A DNA stretch of 64,000 nucleotides. It comes from Bdellovibrionia bacterium. GTDB taxonomy: Bacteria > Bdellovibrionota > UBA1018. Positions 46,232-55,925 of the stretch are shown here, piece by piece. Below the pieces are notes generated by a model that was not told the origin of the DNA, did no database searches, and saw nothing but the letters and a program-made list of their open reading frames with translations. The stretch is taken from NCBI GenBank assembly GCA_040399745.1, contig JBBARP010000001.1:106617-170616 (forward strand), given 5' to 3'. The translations under genes and the position numbers were made by a program. The first letter of the stretch is position 1, and the number at the start of each line of letters is the position of its first letter.

Positions 46232-46292
46232 CGAGAGTCGATGTAACCAGAAAAGCTGCGCCGAGTCACTAACAAAGGCCCCGAGACCTCGC

Positions 46293-47597
46293 TCAGAGGG
46301 TGATGATTTTTCCTTGAAGGATCGTTTCCCGGACCTTGCCCTTCATTTCAGAGCCCATCCAAGGGGTGTTATGGCTCTTAGAATGAAGTTCGCTGGCCTG
46401 AAGCCGCCAGGAGTGGCTGGGGTCGATCAAGGTGATGTCGGCAAAGCGCCCTTTTTGAAGGGTGCCCAGCGGCTGACCAATCAGTCGCGCAGGTGCCTGA
46501 GTCAAGCTTTGCACCCACCGCAAAGGGGACATGAGCCCCTGATGAACGAGATCTAATGTGACGGGGACCGCCGTTTGGAGCCCCAAGATTCCGAAGGAGG
46601 CTTGGTCGAACTCGACCGCTTTATCGACGATTCCATGCGGTGCGTGGTCAGTGGCAATGAGGTCGATGACCCCGTCGGCAAGCGCTTGGCGAACAGCGCG
46701 AACGTCCGCTTCGCTGCGGAGCGGAGGCGCCATCTTGCAGCAGGTGTCATAGGTGCGGATGCAGGATTCATCGAGCGACAAGTGGTGAGGCGTGACTTCG
46801 GCCGTGACCGGAAGGCCTGCTTCTTTGGCGCGTCTCACATGTTCGACTGCCAAGGCGGTTGATAAATGCGCGATGTGTACTGGGCAGCGGGTCAGTCGGC
46901 AAAGAGCGATTTCTCGCGCCACCAAGATTTCCTCGGCTGCGGCTGGATTTCCGCGAAGACCGAGTTCATTTGACAGCGCTCCTTCGTTCATCACGCCTTG
47001 GCCCACTAGGTTCAGGTCCTCGGCATGCGAAATCACGGGAATCCCGAAGGCCTTGGCGTAATCCATCGCCTTTCGCATCAGGTAGCTGTTCATGACGGGC
47101 ATGCCGTCGTCTGAGATGGCAACGGCACCTTCAGCTACCATTCCGCCAATTTCGGCTAAGGCTTCGCCCTTCAGTCCTTGCGTGACTGCGCCGATGGGGA
47201 AAACCCGGCAAGCCGCCGTGGCTTTGGCTTTCTCGCGAATGAAAGCGGTGACGTAAGGGGTGTCATTGACGGGCTGAGTGTTGGCCATGCAAGCCACGGC
47301 AGTGAAACCACCAGCGACGGCTGCGCGCGTTCCGGTCTGAATGGTTTCTTTGTATTCAAGACCTGGCTCGCGCAGGTGCACGTGCACATCGATCAGGCCT
47401 GGAGTGACCCAAAGCCCCTTGGCATCAAGCTCTCGCGGTGCCTTGTCGCGGGGAATCGTTCCAGGCGCTTCGATGGCGCGGATCAAGCCGTCTTCGACCC
47501 AAACGTCAGCCACTTGATCGAGGTTTTGTGAGGCGTCTAAAACTCGCCCGCCACGAATGATCAGGGTCTCGCCTCTTCCGTTTCCAATCCCACTCAT
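46293..47597 (-). CDS. pyrC: Dihydroorotase (type I)
   Basis: PGLIDVHVHLREPG, AEVTPHH, KMAPPLR, ATDHAPH. Confidence 0.95.
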   Translation of the reverse strand: MSGIGNGRGETLIIRGGRVLDASQNLDQVADVWVEDGLIRAIEAPGTIPRDKAPRELDAKGLWVTPGLIDVHVHLREPGLEYKETIQTGTRAAVAGGFTAVACMANTQPVNDTPYVTAFIREKAKATAACRVFPIGAVTQGLKGEALAEIGGMVAEGAVAISDDGMPVMNSYLMRKAMDYAKAFGIPVISHAEDLNLVGQGVMNEGALSNELGLRGNPAAAEEILVAREIALCRLTRCPVHIAHLSTALAVEHVRRAKEAGLPVTAEVTPHHLSLDESCIRTYDTCCKMAPPLRSEADVRAVRQALADGVIDLIATDHAPHGIVDKAVEFDQASFGILGLQTAVPVTLDLVHQGLMSPLRWVQSLTQAPARLIGQPLGTLQKGRFADITLIDPSHSWRLQASELHSKSHNTPWMGSEMKGKVRETILQGKIITL

Positions 47598-48502
47598 GAC
47601 ATCACCTTTGCCAACACAGCCATCCGGACCAGTACGCCGTTTGTGACTTGATCGAGAATCACCGAGCGCGGACCATCGGCAACTTCGGGATCCATCTCGA
47701 CTCCCCGGTTGATGGGGCCAGGGTGCAAGACGATCGCCTCTTTTTTTAGCAGTGCGGCGCGCTCAGAGCTGAGCCCCCAGATTCGGGAGTATTCCGCAAG
47801 CGAAGGAATCTGCATCCGGTTTTGGCGCTCCAGCTGAATGCGCAAACACATGACTACATCCGCGTCGGGCAGGAGACGCTCCAAACGGTAGGCGTGATCG
47901 ACGCCGAGAATTTCCGGATTGGGCGGCAGCAGAGTGGGAGGGCCGCAAACAGCAACCGACGCACCGAGAGTGCGAAGAAGGTGGATGTTCGAGCGCGCCA
48001 CGCGGGAGTGCGCGATGTCGCCCACGATGATCACGCGCTTTCCCTCGATCTTGCCGAGTTTTTCGCGAATCGTGAAAGCGTCGAGAAGCGCTTGGGTGGG
48101 GTGTTCGTGAAAGCCGTCGCCCGCATTGACGACGGGGATATCGAGCGAGCGCGCCAGAATAGATGGGCTGCCAGCCGAAGCATGGCGCACGACAATGCAG
48201 TGGGGTTTCAGAGCTTGAATGTTCCTTGCAGTATCGATCAAGGTCTCGCCTTTGCTGACGCTCGATCCGCTTGAGGCGAAATTCAGATTCGAGCCGCCCA
48301 GGCGTCGCGTCGCCACTTCGAACGACATCCGCGTTCGCGTGGAGTTCTCAAAGAAAAGGTTCACGATCGTTTTGCCGCTCAGAATCGAGAGATTCTTATT
48401 TTCCACCACTGTGGGGCGGAAAGCTTCGGCCTGATTCAGGAGTGCTTCGGCATCCTCACGGGAAAGGCCTTGGGTTCCTAGAAAATGGCGAAGCTGGGTC
48501 AT
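47594..48502 (-). CDS. pyrB: Aspartate carbamoyltransferase catalytic subunit
   Basis: FFENSTRT, HPTQALLD, HSRVARS, LRIQLER, HPGPINRG. Confidence 0.96.
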   Translation of the reverse strand: MTQLRHFLGTQGLSREDAEALLNQAEAFRPTVVENKNLSILSGKTIVNLFFENSTRTRMSFEVATRRLGGSNLNFASSGSSVSKGETLIDTARNIQALKPHCIVVRHASAGSPSILARSLDIPVVNAGDGFHEHPTQALLDAFTIREKLGKIEGKRVIIVGDIAHSRVARSNIHLLRTLGASVAVCGPPTLLPPNPEILGVDHAYRLERLLPDADVVMCLRIQLERQNRMQIPSLAEYSRIWGLSSERAALLKKEAIVLHPGPINRGVEMDPEVADGPRSVILDQVTNGVLVRMAVLAKVMS

Positions 48503-48507
48503 GACGA

Positions 48508-49173
48508 TCAGATCCTCTTCAGCAACCTTTCCCAGCGAATTCTTCGGGAAAGTGGCTCAGGGGTGTCCTGCGAGCCGGGTTTGATGGAAATCCACACAGC
48601 CCACGCGCGACCCTTGATGCGGTCTTTGGGAACGACTTCCCAAGGCGGCTGAAGGCGATTCTCGATCGGGCGACCGCGAAGATCGCCCGCCAAGAGCACC
48701 GAGTCGGCTGGAATTTGAAAGGCTTCGGTATCTTCTAGGGGTGGGTGAGACCAGCAGATGTTCCAAGGCTTCGAGCCCGAGGCCTTCTCTTCGCCGCAAG
48801 TGCCTGCCGCATAGCCGGGAGGATCGCGTTCCTCGCCGTTGACCCGCAGCCTGCCGCCTTTCCACTGAACGGTGTCTCCGCTCAGCGCAACGACACGCTT
48901 GATGGAATCGCGCCTGGCTTGGTCTGAAACTGGCGCATAAACCACGACTTCGCCTAAGTGTGGGGTGGCGCTGCGTTTCCAAGCGTAAGGAAGCTTCGAG
49001 ACAAAAAGCGTGTCCCCTGGCTCGAGCGAAGGCCGCATCGTCGAAGTGGGAATCCGGTAAGCCTCTAGGATATAGCCGCGAACCAGAAGTGCAGCGGCCA
49101 CCGCGATGACGACGGTGAGGCCGTAGTCGCGCACCAGGGTCCAGTCGAGTGAGAAGGCAGACTTCTTTGTCAC
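48508..49173 (-). CDS. lepB: Signal peptidase I-like protein (divergent)
   Basis: Downstream of lepA; TM helix, YRIPTSTMRPSL, IKRVVAL.GD, GDLR, IKGRA. Confidence 0.75.
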   Translation of the reverse strand: MTKKSAFSLDWTLVRDYGLTVVIAVAAALLVRGYILEAYRIPTSTMRPSLEPGDTLFVSKLPYAWKRSATPHLGEVVVYAPVSDQARRDSIKRVVALSGDTVQWKGGRLRVNGEERDPPGYAAGTCGEEKASGSKPWNICWSHPPLEDTEAFQIPADSVLLAGDLRGRPIENRLQPPWEVVPKDRIKGRAWAVWISIKPGSQDTPEPLSRRIRWERLLKRI

Positions 49174-49177
49174 GGCG

Positions 49178-50974
49178 TCAATCCACCTTGAGGACGGCGA
49201 GGAAGGCTTCCTGAGGGATCTCGACCGATCCCACTGCCTTCATGCGCTTTTTGCCCTCTTTTTGCTTCTCGAGGAGCTTTCTCTTTCGGCTGATGTCGCC
49301 GCCGTAACACTTCGCGGTCACGTTTTTTCGGAGGGCCGAGATGCTCTCGCGGGCGACGATTTTCGATCCGATCGCGGCTTGAATGGCAATTTCGAACATC
49401 TGACGATCGATCAGCTCTTTCATTTTCTTCGCCAGCTCGCGGCCACGGTACGCAGCTTTGGAGCGGTGAATGATGACGGAGAGCGCGTCGACTGCTTCGC
49501 CGTTGATCAGAATGTCGAGTTTGATGAGATCGGCTTCCCGATACTCGGAAAGCTCATAATCCATCGAAGCGTAGCCCTTGGTGGTGGACTTCAAACGGTC
49601 AAAGAAGTCGAACACCATTTCGTTCAGCGGAAGGTCGTAGACCAAAGTGACGCGATCGGAAGTGATGTAATCCAGCTTCACTTGAATGCCGCGGCGATCG
49701 TTGAGCAGCGCCATGACAGGGCCCACATACTCGGATGGCATATGAACGCTGAGCTTTACGAAAGGCTCTTCCAGCTTGGCGATTTTCGTCTGGTCGGGAA
49801 GTTTTGAAGGATTGTCGATCCGTGTTTCCACGCCATCGGTGCTGGTCACGCGGTACACCACAGAAGGAGCCGTAGTGATCAGTTGCAGGTTGTATTCGCG
49901 CTCCAGGCGCTCCTGAACCACGTCCATGTGCAGAAGGCCCAAGAACCCGCAGCGGAAGCCGAAGCCCAGCGCGCTGGAGGTTTCTGGCTCCCAGGTAATG
50001 GCGGCATCGTTCAATTTCAGCTTTTCCAGGGCCTCTTTCAAGTCGTTGTATTGATCGCTTTCGATCGGATACACGCCGCAGAAAACCATGGGCTTGGCTT
50101 CTTTGAAGCCGCCGAGCGACTCCTTGGCCAAGTTGTTCGCGTCCATGATGGTGTCGCCCACCTTCATGTCGCGCACGTCTTTAATGCCGGTGACGATCGC
50201 GCCCACTTCACCCGAGGTCACGGAATCCACGTCTTTGAATTTGGGAGAGAAGGTGCCCACGCGCTGCACTTCGAAATCCTTGCCGACGTGGAACAACCGA
50301 ATCTTAGTGCCCTTTTTGATCGATCCTTCGAACACGCGGCAAAGTGCCACGACGCCTTGGTAAGGGTCGTACCAGCTATCGAAAATCAGCGCGCGAAGCG
50401 GTTCGTCGTCTGCATCTTTCGGAGCCGGGAAGTACTTCACTGCGGCTTCCAGAATTTCTTCAATGCCGATGCCTGCTTTGGCTGAGCACAAAACGGCGCG
50501 CGAGGTGTCGACCAGACCGATGATCTCGTCGACTTCCTTCAACACTCGCTGAGGATCGGCCGAAGGCAGGTCGATCTTGTTCACGGCTGGAAAGACTTCC
50601 AGGTTGTTGTCGAGCGCCATGAACACGTTGGCGAGCGTCTGAGCTTCCACGCCTTGCGAGGCATCGACCACGAGGATGGCGCCTTCGCAGGCGGCCAAGG
50701 AGCGCGAAACTTCGTAAGTGAAGTCGACGTGTCCGGGAGTGTCGATCAGGTTTAAGACGTAAGTCTGTCCGTCCTTGGCCTTGTAATTCAGGCGAACGCT
50801 TTGCGCCTTGATGGTGATGCCGCGCTCGCGCTCGATGTCCATGTTGTCCAGGAACTGAGCTTCCATCTCGCGCTTGGTGACCGTGCCGGTCTTCTCCAGC
50901 AGGCGGTCTGCCAGAGTGCTCTTGCCATGGTCGATATGGGCGATGATGCAGAAATTGCGGATATTCTTGGCCAT
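49178..50974 (-). CDS. lepA: Elongation factor 4
   Basis: [43 protein letters not shown]. Confidence 0.97.
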   Translation of the reverse strand: MAKNIRNFCIIAHIDHGKSTLADRLLEKTGTVTKREMEAQFLDNMDIERERGITIKAQSVRLNYKAKDGQTYVLNLIDTPGHVDFTYEVSRSLAACEGAILVVDASQGVEAQTLANVFMALDNNLEVFPAVNKIDLPSADPQRVLKEVDEIIGLVDTSRAVLCSAKAGIGIEEILEAAVKYFPAPKDADDEPLRALIFDSWYDPYQGVVALCRVFEGSIKKGTKIRLFHVGKDFEVQRVGTFSPKFKDVDSVTSGEVGAIVTGIKDVRDMKVGDTIMDANNLAKESLGGFKEAKPMVFCGVYPIESDQYNDLKEALEKLKLNDAAITWEPETSSALGFGFRCGFLGLLHMDVVQERLEREYNLQLITTAPSVVYRVTSTDGVETRIDNPSKLPDQTKIAKLEEPFVKLSVHMPSEYVGPVMALLNDRRGIQVKLDYITSDRVTLVYDLPLNEMVFDFFDRLKSTTKGYASMDYELSEYREADLIKLDILINGEAVDALSVIIHRSKAAYRGRELAKKMKELIDRQMFEIAIQAAIGSKIVARESISALRKNVTAKCYGGDISRKRKLLEKQKEGKKRMKAVGSVEIPQEAFLAVLKVD

Positions 50975-51070
50975 GTTGTGATGCACAGCTACCAGACCGG
51001 GGGCGGTAGCGCCACCCTGGAAAGGGGCGCTCGCATTGACTTCCGAGGCCGGTTTTTCTAATGCCGTCGG

Positions 51071-52228
51071 ATGCCCAAACCCCCCGCAGTGAGCCTGAGT
51101 CCGAGCGAGACGGTCACCGTCACGGTGACCGACCTTTCGCGTGGAGGTCCAGGGGTGGCCCGTGACGACCAGGGGCGTGTGATTTTCCTGCCGCTGACGG
51201 CCCCGGGTGACCGGGTCGTGGCTCGAATCGTGGCCCAAGAAAAGCGCTATGCTGAAGGCGAGGTCGTGGAGTGGCTCGAAAAAAGTGCCCTTCGGGTTGA
51301 GCCGGCTTGTGAGGCTTTTGGCCGCTGCGGAGGCTGTCAGTGGCAGCACTTGCCCTACGACTATCAATGGAAAACCAAAGTCGCAGGCGTTCGCCATGCT
51401 TTGGAAAGAAGCTCTGTTGCGGTTCCTGCGGCCTTCGAGGAACTCCCGGCTGAGCAGGTCTTGGGTTACCGAAATCGCATTCAGCTTCGCTCAGAAGGCC
51501 AGACGCTGGGTTTTTTCGCGCGCCGTTCTCACGAAACGATCGATTTGAAGGGCTGTCCGGTAGCGCGGGCTGAGTTGAACGCCGTCTGGGAAGAGACGCG
51601 GGCAATGGCGGTCGAGAAGAACGGAACGTCTCGCGACGGCCGGACGAAGGTCGAACTCGAGGTACTGCCTGAGGGTTCGATCCGGAGGATCTTCAACGCT
51701 CCTCATGCGGCGGGCGGGTTTCGCCAGGTTCATGACGCTCAGAATGAGAAGCTGAAAGCTTGGGTGGCGAGTGCCGTTCCGAACGGCGCCTGGCTTTTTG
51801 ACCTGTACGGTGGAAGCGGGAACCTGTCGCTCGGGCTCGCCTCTCGTCAGGCCGGAGTGGACTGCGTCGACGTGGGAGGGCCCATTCCGGATGCGCCTGG
51901 GAACTTTCGGTTCCATCGGAAGCCCGTGCGGGCTTGGCTTCAATCCGAGAGAAAGCGCCTGAAAGGGGCAGCTCCAAGTCAGGCGCGGGAGAGCTGCATG
52001 GTCCTAGATCCCCCTCGCGAAGGCCTGGAGCGGGATTTCGTCGGGATTGTCGAAGCGGCAGAAGCTTGGCGCGTGGGGACTGTGGTTTTAGTCGGATGCG
52101 ATGTTGATTCTTGGGTGCGGGATTTGGCTCGTTTGGGACGTCACGGGTGGAAGGTTTCCCGGGTCGGCGTTTTGGATCTGTTCCCTCAAACAGCACATGT
52201 TGAAAGCCTAGCAGTTTTGAAGCGTTGA
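51071..52228 (+). CDS. TRAM-domain RNA (uracil-5)-methyltransferase, RlmD-like
   Basis: TRAM domain, C....[33 protein letters not shown]. Confidence 0.88.
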   Translation: MPKPPAVSLSPSETVTVTVTDLSRGGPGVARDDQGRVIFLPLTAPGDRVVARIVAQEKRYAEGEVVEWLEKSALRVEPACEAFGRCGGCQWQHLPYDYQWKTKVAGVRHALERSSVAVPAAFEELPAEQVLGYRNRIQLRSEGQTLGFFARRSHETIDLKGCPVARAELNAVWEETRAMAVEKNGTSRDGRTKVELEVLPEGSIRRIFNAPHAAGGFRQVHDAQNEKLKAWVASAVPNGAWLFDLYGGSGNLSLGLASRQAGVDCVDVGGPIPDAPGNFRFHRKPVRAWLQSERKRLKGAAPSQARESCMVLDPPREGLERDFVGIVEAAEAWRVGTVVLVGCDVDSWVRDLARLGRHGWKVSRVGVLDLFPQTAHVESLAVLKR

Positions 52229-52253
52229 CACGCTTCGCGCCCCCCCTTACCGT
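52225..52253 (+). promoter_or_regulatory. Sigma70-like promoter
   Basis: TTGACA-N17-TACCGT upstream of the TPR lipoprotein gene. Confidence 0.5.
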
Positions 52254-52281
52254 GGGATAAGGCAGGTAAGATCGTTTGCCC

Positions 52282-53070
52282 ATGAACCGGAAAATCGCCC
52301 CCTTAGTCGCGTTCTTGTTTTTGATTGGAGCTAGCTCGTTCGGTGGCTGCGCAAGCAGAGGGCCGGCGGTGCGCGAGCTGAGTCGTGAAGAGCATGCGGA
52401 TCTTTTGATTCGCGCGGCCTCGGCTGCCATTGAAGATCAGGATCTGGTCGGTGCACTTCGGACTTTGGACCAAGCCGAGAAACTTCAGCCGAACAGTCCG
52501 GCTCTCTACAATGTCAGAGCGGCTGTTTTTTACGCCCGAAAAGAGCTTCCGAGGGCGCTTGAGCAGGCGCGCCTGAGTATTCAAAAAGATTCTAAGTACA
52601 ATCCGGGGCTGACCACGCTCGGAAAAATCCTTCTCGATCTGGGACGCTTCAAGGAAGCCATTCCGCCGCTACGTGTTGCAGCGGAAGATCCGATGAATCC
52701 GGAATCTTTCAAAGCGTTCACCCATCTCGGTGTGATCGCGTACCGCGAAAAACGCTGGAAAGATGCGCAGCACGAATTGGATCGCGCTGTGGATCTTTCG
52801 GGTGGTCGCTACTGCATGGCCAGCTACTACCGCGGACATTTGCGCCTGCGCGAAGGTCGTTTCAAAGAGGCGATCCGGGATTACTCTTCCGCGACTCGGC
52901 GAATGTGCGGCCGCTTTGCTGAAGCTCACCTAGCTCTTGCGACCGCTTACGAGCGCAGCGGGCAAAACGAAATGGCTCGAAAGAAGTACCTCGAGATTCA
53001 ACAGATCTTTCAGACCAGCGATTCTGAAGTGGCCGATCGGGCTATGGAACGCTTGAGGGCGATTCCGTGA
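52282..53070 (+). CDS. TPR lipoprotein, PilF/PilW/Tgl-like pilotin
   Basis: Lipobox-like GGC, multiple TPRs, A.EDP...E.F.A, upstream of a rodZ-like gene as for pilF. Confidence 0.7.
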   Translation: MNRKIAPLVAFLFLIGASSFGGCASRGPAVRELSREEHADLLIRAASAAIEDQDLVGALRTLDQAEKLQPNSPALYNVRAAVFYARKELPRALEQARLSIQKDSKYNPGLTTLGKILLDLGRFKEAIPPLRVAAEDPMNPESFKAFTHLGVIAYREKRWKDAQHELDRAVDLSGGRYCMASYYRGHLRLREGRFKEAIRDYSSATRRMCGRFAEAHLALATAYERSGQNEMARKKYLEIQQIFQTSDSEVADRAMERLRAIP

Positions 53071-54281
53071 ACGAAAACGGCCAAACGCTAGGCGAATTTT
53101 TGCGGCACGAGCGCGAGAAGCGCTCGATCACCTTGGAGCAGGTGGCCTCTGCCAGCAAAATCAGCGTTCGGTTGCTGCACGCGCTTGAGGCCGATCACTA
53201 CGCCGAAATGCCTGCCAAACCCTTCATTCGTGGGTTTGTGAATTCGTACTGCCGTTTCATTGGGCTCGACTCCAAAGAGGTTCTGACTCGTTTTGAATCC
53301 TTCATCGATCGAAAGTCGGCAGAGCGCCCGTCGCGCGAAGCCGGCCTGAGTGGCTACGCTTTCGAAAAGCGTGAAGGCAACGAGCAGAATCGGACGCTCC
53401 TTTGGGTGGTCATGGGAGTGTTCGGCGTATTAGGTGCCGTTCTTTTCTTGGTGCTGAAGCCCACGTTGAAGCATCGCCGGTCAGCGAAGATGGAAGAATT
53501 GCGGGCCGTGCACGCCAAGGCTTCGCCGAGCGTGCCTGAGTCGCCGATTCCGTTGGCTTCCGTCTCGGCGCTGCCCAGTCCTCAGGTTTCGGGAACCCCG
53601 GCGCCGGTCGCGACTGCAAAAATCCTGCTCCCCACGGTGGTTCCGCCGGGGATGCTCGGGCCGGTTCTTCAAATTCCGGTGCTTCCAAAAGTGGTTGCTG
53701 TGCCTTCTTCGAAGCCCACGCCGCAAGCGTCGCCCTCGGCTAAGCCCTCTCCGAAGCCTTCGCCTTCTGTTAAGCCCACTCCAAAACCAACGCCCCTGCC
53801 TTCGGCGAAGCCCTCTTCGAAGCCGACTCCTTCGGCCCAGCCGGCACTTCCTGCGCCGCCTCCGCCTGTGGCACCGGCTGCAGATGCGGCTGATCCTTTG
53901 AATTCGGGCGTGAACTTGAAGTCAGCTCAGACCAAGTACAAGGCCATCTTCCGCGCGGTCGACGATGTCTGGGTTCGGTACCAAGTGGATGGCAAAGGAA
54001 TGATGAAGTTCCCTCTGCGGAAGGGCCGTATTTTGGTCCTCCGGGCGGAACGGGAAATCCGGTTCCAAACGGGTCAATCGGATCAGGTCACGATTAATCT
54101 GAACGGGGCGGGTGAGAAACCGGTCGGTCAGGCGCGCGGTCTGGTGAAACGTCAAGGAAACGCCACTTTGATCTTTCCGGCCGAAAGTGCTGAAAAGATT
54201 GGGGATCCGTTCCCTGGAGAGCGTGCTTTGCCGGCTTTTCCGCCCTCAAATAAGTCGGCGACCCCATCCGTATCCGAATAA
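53067..54281 (+). CDS. rodZ: RodZ-like HTH membrane protein
   Basis: LGEFLR.ERE, F.RGFV.SY, single TM, Pro-rich linker, C-terminal A.DDVWV...DG domain. Confidence 0.8.
   Translation: MNENGQTLGEFLRHEREKRSITLEQVASASKISVRLLHALEADHYAEMPAKPFIRGFVNSYCRFIGLDSKEVLTRFESFIDRKSAERPSREAGLSGYAFEKREGNEQNRTLLWVVMGVFGVLGAVLFLVLKPTLKHRRSAKMEELRAVHAKASPSVPESPIPLASVSALPSPQVSGTPAPVATAKILLPTVVPPGMLGPVLQIPVLPKVVAVPSSKPTPQASPSAKPSPKPSPSVKPTPKPTPLPSAKPSSKPTPSAQPALPAPPPPVAPAADAADPLNSGVNLKSAQTKYKAIFRAVDDVWVRYQVDGKGMMKFPLRKGRILVLRAEREIRFQTGQSDQVTINLNGAGEKPVGQARGLVKRQGNATLIFPAESAEKIGDPFPGERALPAFPPSNKSATPSVSE
53700..53865 (+). repeat. Low-complexity (K)PS/PT coding repeats
   Basis: SKPTP, SPSAKPSPKPSPSVKPTPKPTP, SAKPSSKPTPS. 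Confidence 0.7.
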
Positions 54282-54298
54282 CTCCACCCGAAACCGGG

Positions 54299-54409
54299 AG
54301 TTATCCACACGTAATTCAAAGTTATCCACACCCGGTAACTATTTGAAATTAAAGCTTATAGCGGCTTAGAAATGCTAGTTTTCCTATTTAAAGGGAAAGT
54401 TATCCCCAA
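54299..54409 (+). promoter_or_regulatory. DnaA-box cluster with AT-rich spacer
   Basis: TTATCCACA at 54301 and 54322, TTATCCCCA at 54400. Confidence 0.65.
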
Positions 54410-54431
54410 AAAGCCTGGAAAACTGCGGAAA

Positions 54432-54456
54432 TTTGACGCTCCAGGGGTCGTCAAAA
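54432..54456 (-). terminator. Hairpin downstream of the wcaJ-like gene
   Basis: TTTGACG...CGTCAAA inverted repeat. Confidence 0.4.
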
Positions 54457-54493
54457 TCAGAACGGGCCGACTGGGAGCGGAAACCCGGACAAT

Positions 54494-55894
54494 TCAGTAA
54501 GCGTTCTTGTTGATAAAGCCCTTCCAGAGCGTCAAAAAAAGGATTTTCCAATCCCAGACGTAGGACCAGTGGCGAATGTAATAGAGATCGCACTGGATTC
54601 GGCTCTCCAGCGAAGTGTTCCCGCGCCAGCCGTTGACCTGGGCCCAGCCTGTGATGCCGGCCTTCACTTTATGCCTCAGCATGTAGTGAGGGATCTCGCT
54701 TTTGAACTGATGAACAAAGACGGGGCGTTCGGGGCGGGGACCTACTAAGGACATATCGCCCACCAGAACGTTCCAGAACTGAGGCAGTTCATCCAGGCTC
54801 GTGCTTCTGAGAAATGCCCCGATCGGGGTGCGGCGATCATCTCCGGGCTTTGCCCAGACGGCTCCGGTCGAAGTCTCTGCGTCGAATTTCATGGAGCGAA
54901 ATTTCAGCATCCCAAACGTTCGCCCGTCTAATCCCATCCGTTCCTGCCGGTACAGAACCGGCCCGCGTGAGGTCAGTTTCACGGCTAGGGCGATGAGTCC
55001 CAGAATGGGCGACAGTAGCAGCAGAGCGATCAGCGAAAGCATGAAGTCGGTCGCCCGTTTGGCCACCGAGCCCCATCCGCCGAGCGGGCTTTCGTTCAAG
55101 CTCACGACCGGAACTCCGTCGAAATCATCGACGTGGCAACCCAGCGTAATGAAGTCGTAGACGTCCGGCACCACTTGAACGGCGACCATCTCGTCTTTGA
55201 TTCGGGCCAGGATCGAGTCGGTCTCCGGCGCGGCAGAGCGTGGCAGGGTCAGGATGACTCGGGTGGCGCGCTCTTCTTTCAGAACCTCAATGAGGTGGTC
55301 CCAGTCTCCTAAAACGGGCAGAGAGGTCCGAGGGGGAACCGCCTGGCCGGGGGCCAGAACGAGACCTGCGGGTTCGACGCCGAGTTCGGGGAATTTTCGG
55401 AAACGACTGGCTAAGGTTTCGGTGGCGGGACTGATTCCGACGAAGACGGCGCGGCTTCTGGCCACGCCTTTCGAGCGAAGAGAGCGGATCAAGTTTCTGA
55501 GGGTCAGCCGGCTGCTCACCAAAGCGACTGCGCCTAAGCAAGCGAAAGTCAGGAGCACGCCTCGGGAGAAGCGGTACTCGCTGATGAAAGTCGAAAGTGC
55601 CACGAAAACGGCCAGGGCCGTGAGGTGACCTTGAACCAGGAGGCGAACCTCGTGGGTCCTTCGCAGAAGTCCGCGCGGCGAATAGACGCTCAGAGCAGTG
55701 AGCACGCCGATCCAGAGGATGACAATCAAAGGAGTCAGGGCTGCGTACTCTTCAAAAGAGGGCTGCCCTTTCGTGACGGCGATGGGGCGAAGTTGAAACC
55801 GAACCCAGTAAGAGAGGAGCCAGGTGCCCGCGAGGAGTGAAGCGTCCAGGATCCGGAACAGGCCGCCGACAGTCTGGTGATATTTCTTCAACAT
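54494..55894 (-). CDS. Undecaprenyl-phosphate glucose phosphotransferase (WcaJ-like)
   Basis: KR..D, KFRSM, DDRRT.IG.FLR.TSLDELPQ, GDMSLVGPRPE, K.GITGWAQVNG. Confidence 0.93.
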   Translation of the reverse strand: MLKKYHQTVGGLFRILDASLLAGTWLLSYWVRFQLRPIAVTKGQPSFEEYAALTPLIVILWIGVLTALSVYSPRGLLRRTHEVRLLVQGHLTALAVFVALSTFISEYRFSRGVLLTFACLGAVALVSSRLTLRNLIRSLRSKGVARSRAVFVGISPATETLASRFRKFPELGVEPAGLVLAPGQAVPPRTSLPVLGDWDHLIEVLKEERATRVILTLPRSAAPETDSILARIKDEMVAVQVVPDVYDFITLGCHVDDFDGVPVVSLNESPLGGWGSVAKRATDFMLSLIALLLLSPILGLIALAVKLTSRGPVLYRQERMGLDGRTFGMLKFRSMKFDAETSTGAVWAKPGDDRRTPIGAFLRSTSLDELPQFWNVLVGDMSLVGPRPERPVFVHQFKSEIPHYMLRHKVKAGITGWAQVNGWRGNTSLESRIQCDLYYIRHWSYVWDWKILFLTLWKGFINKNAY

Positions 55895-55925
55895 GGCTTG
55901 GACCCCGTGTTACCAGACAAAAAGC

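Noticed and set aside
45020..48502. carB and pyrR missing from the pyrB-pyrC-carA cluster
   Set aside because: Split pyr operons are common; absence cannot be judged from one window.
50975..51397. N-terminal extension making LepA 739 aa
   Set aside because: Overlaps the divergent RlmD-like gene; the conserved start is MAKNIRN at 50974.
53700..53865. Short repeats as a CRISPR or non-coding array
   Set aside because: In-frame degenerate Pro/Ser/Lys linker of the RodZ-like protein.
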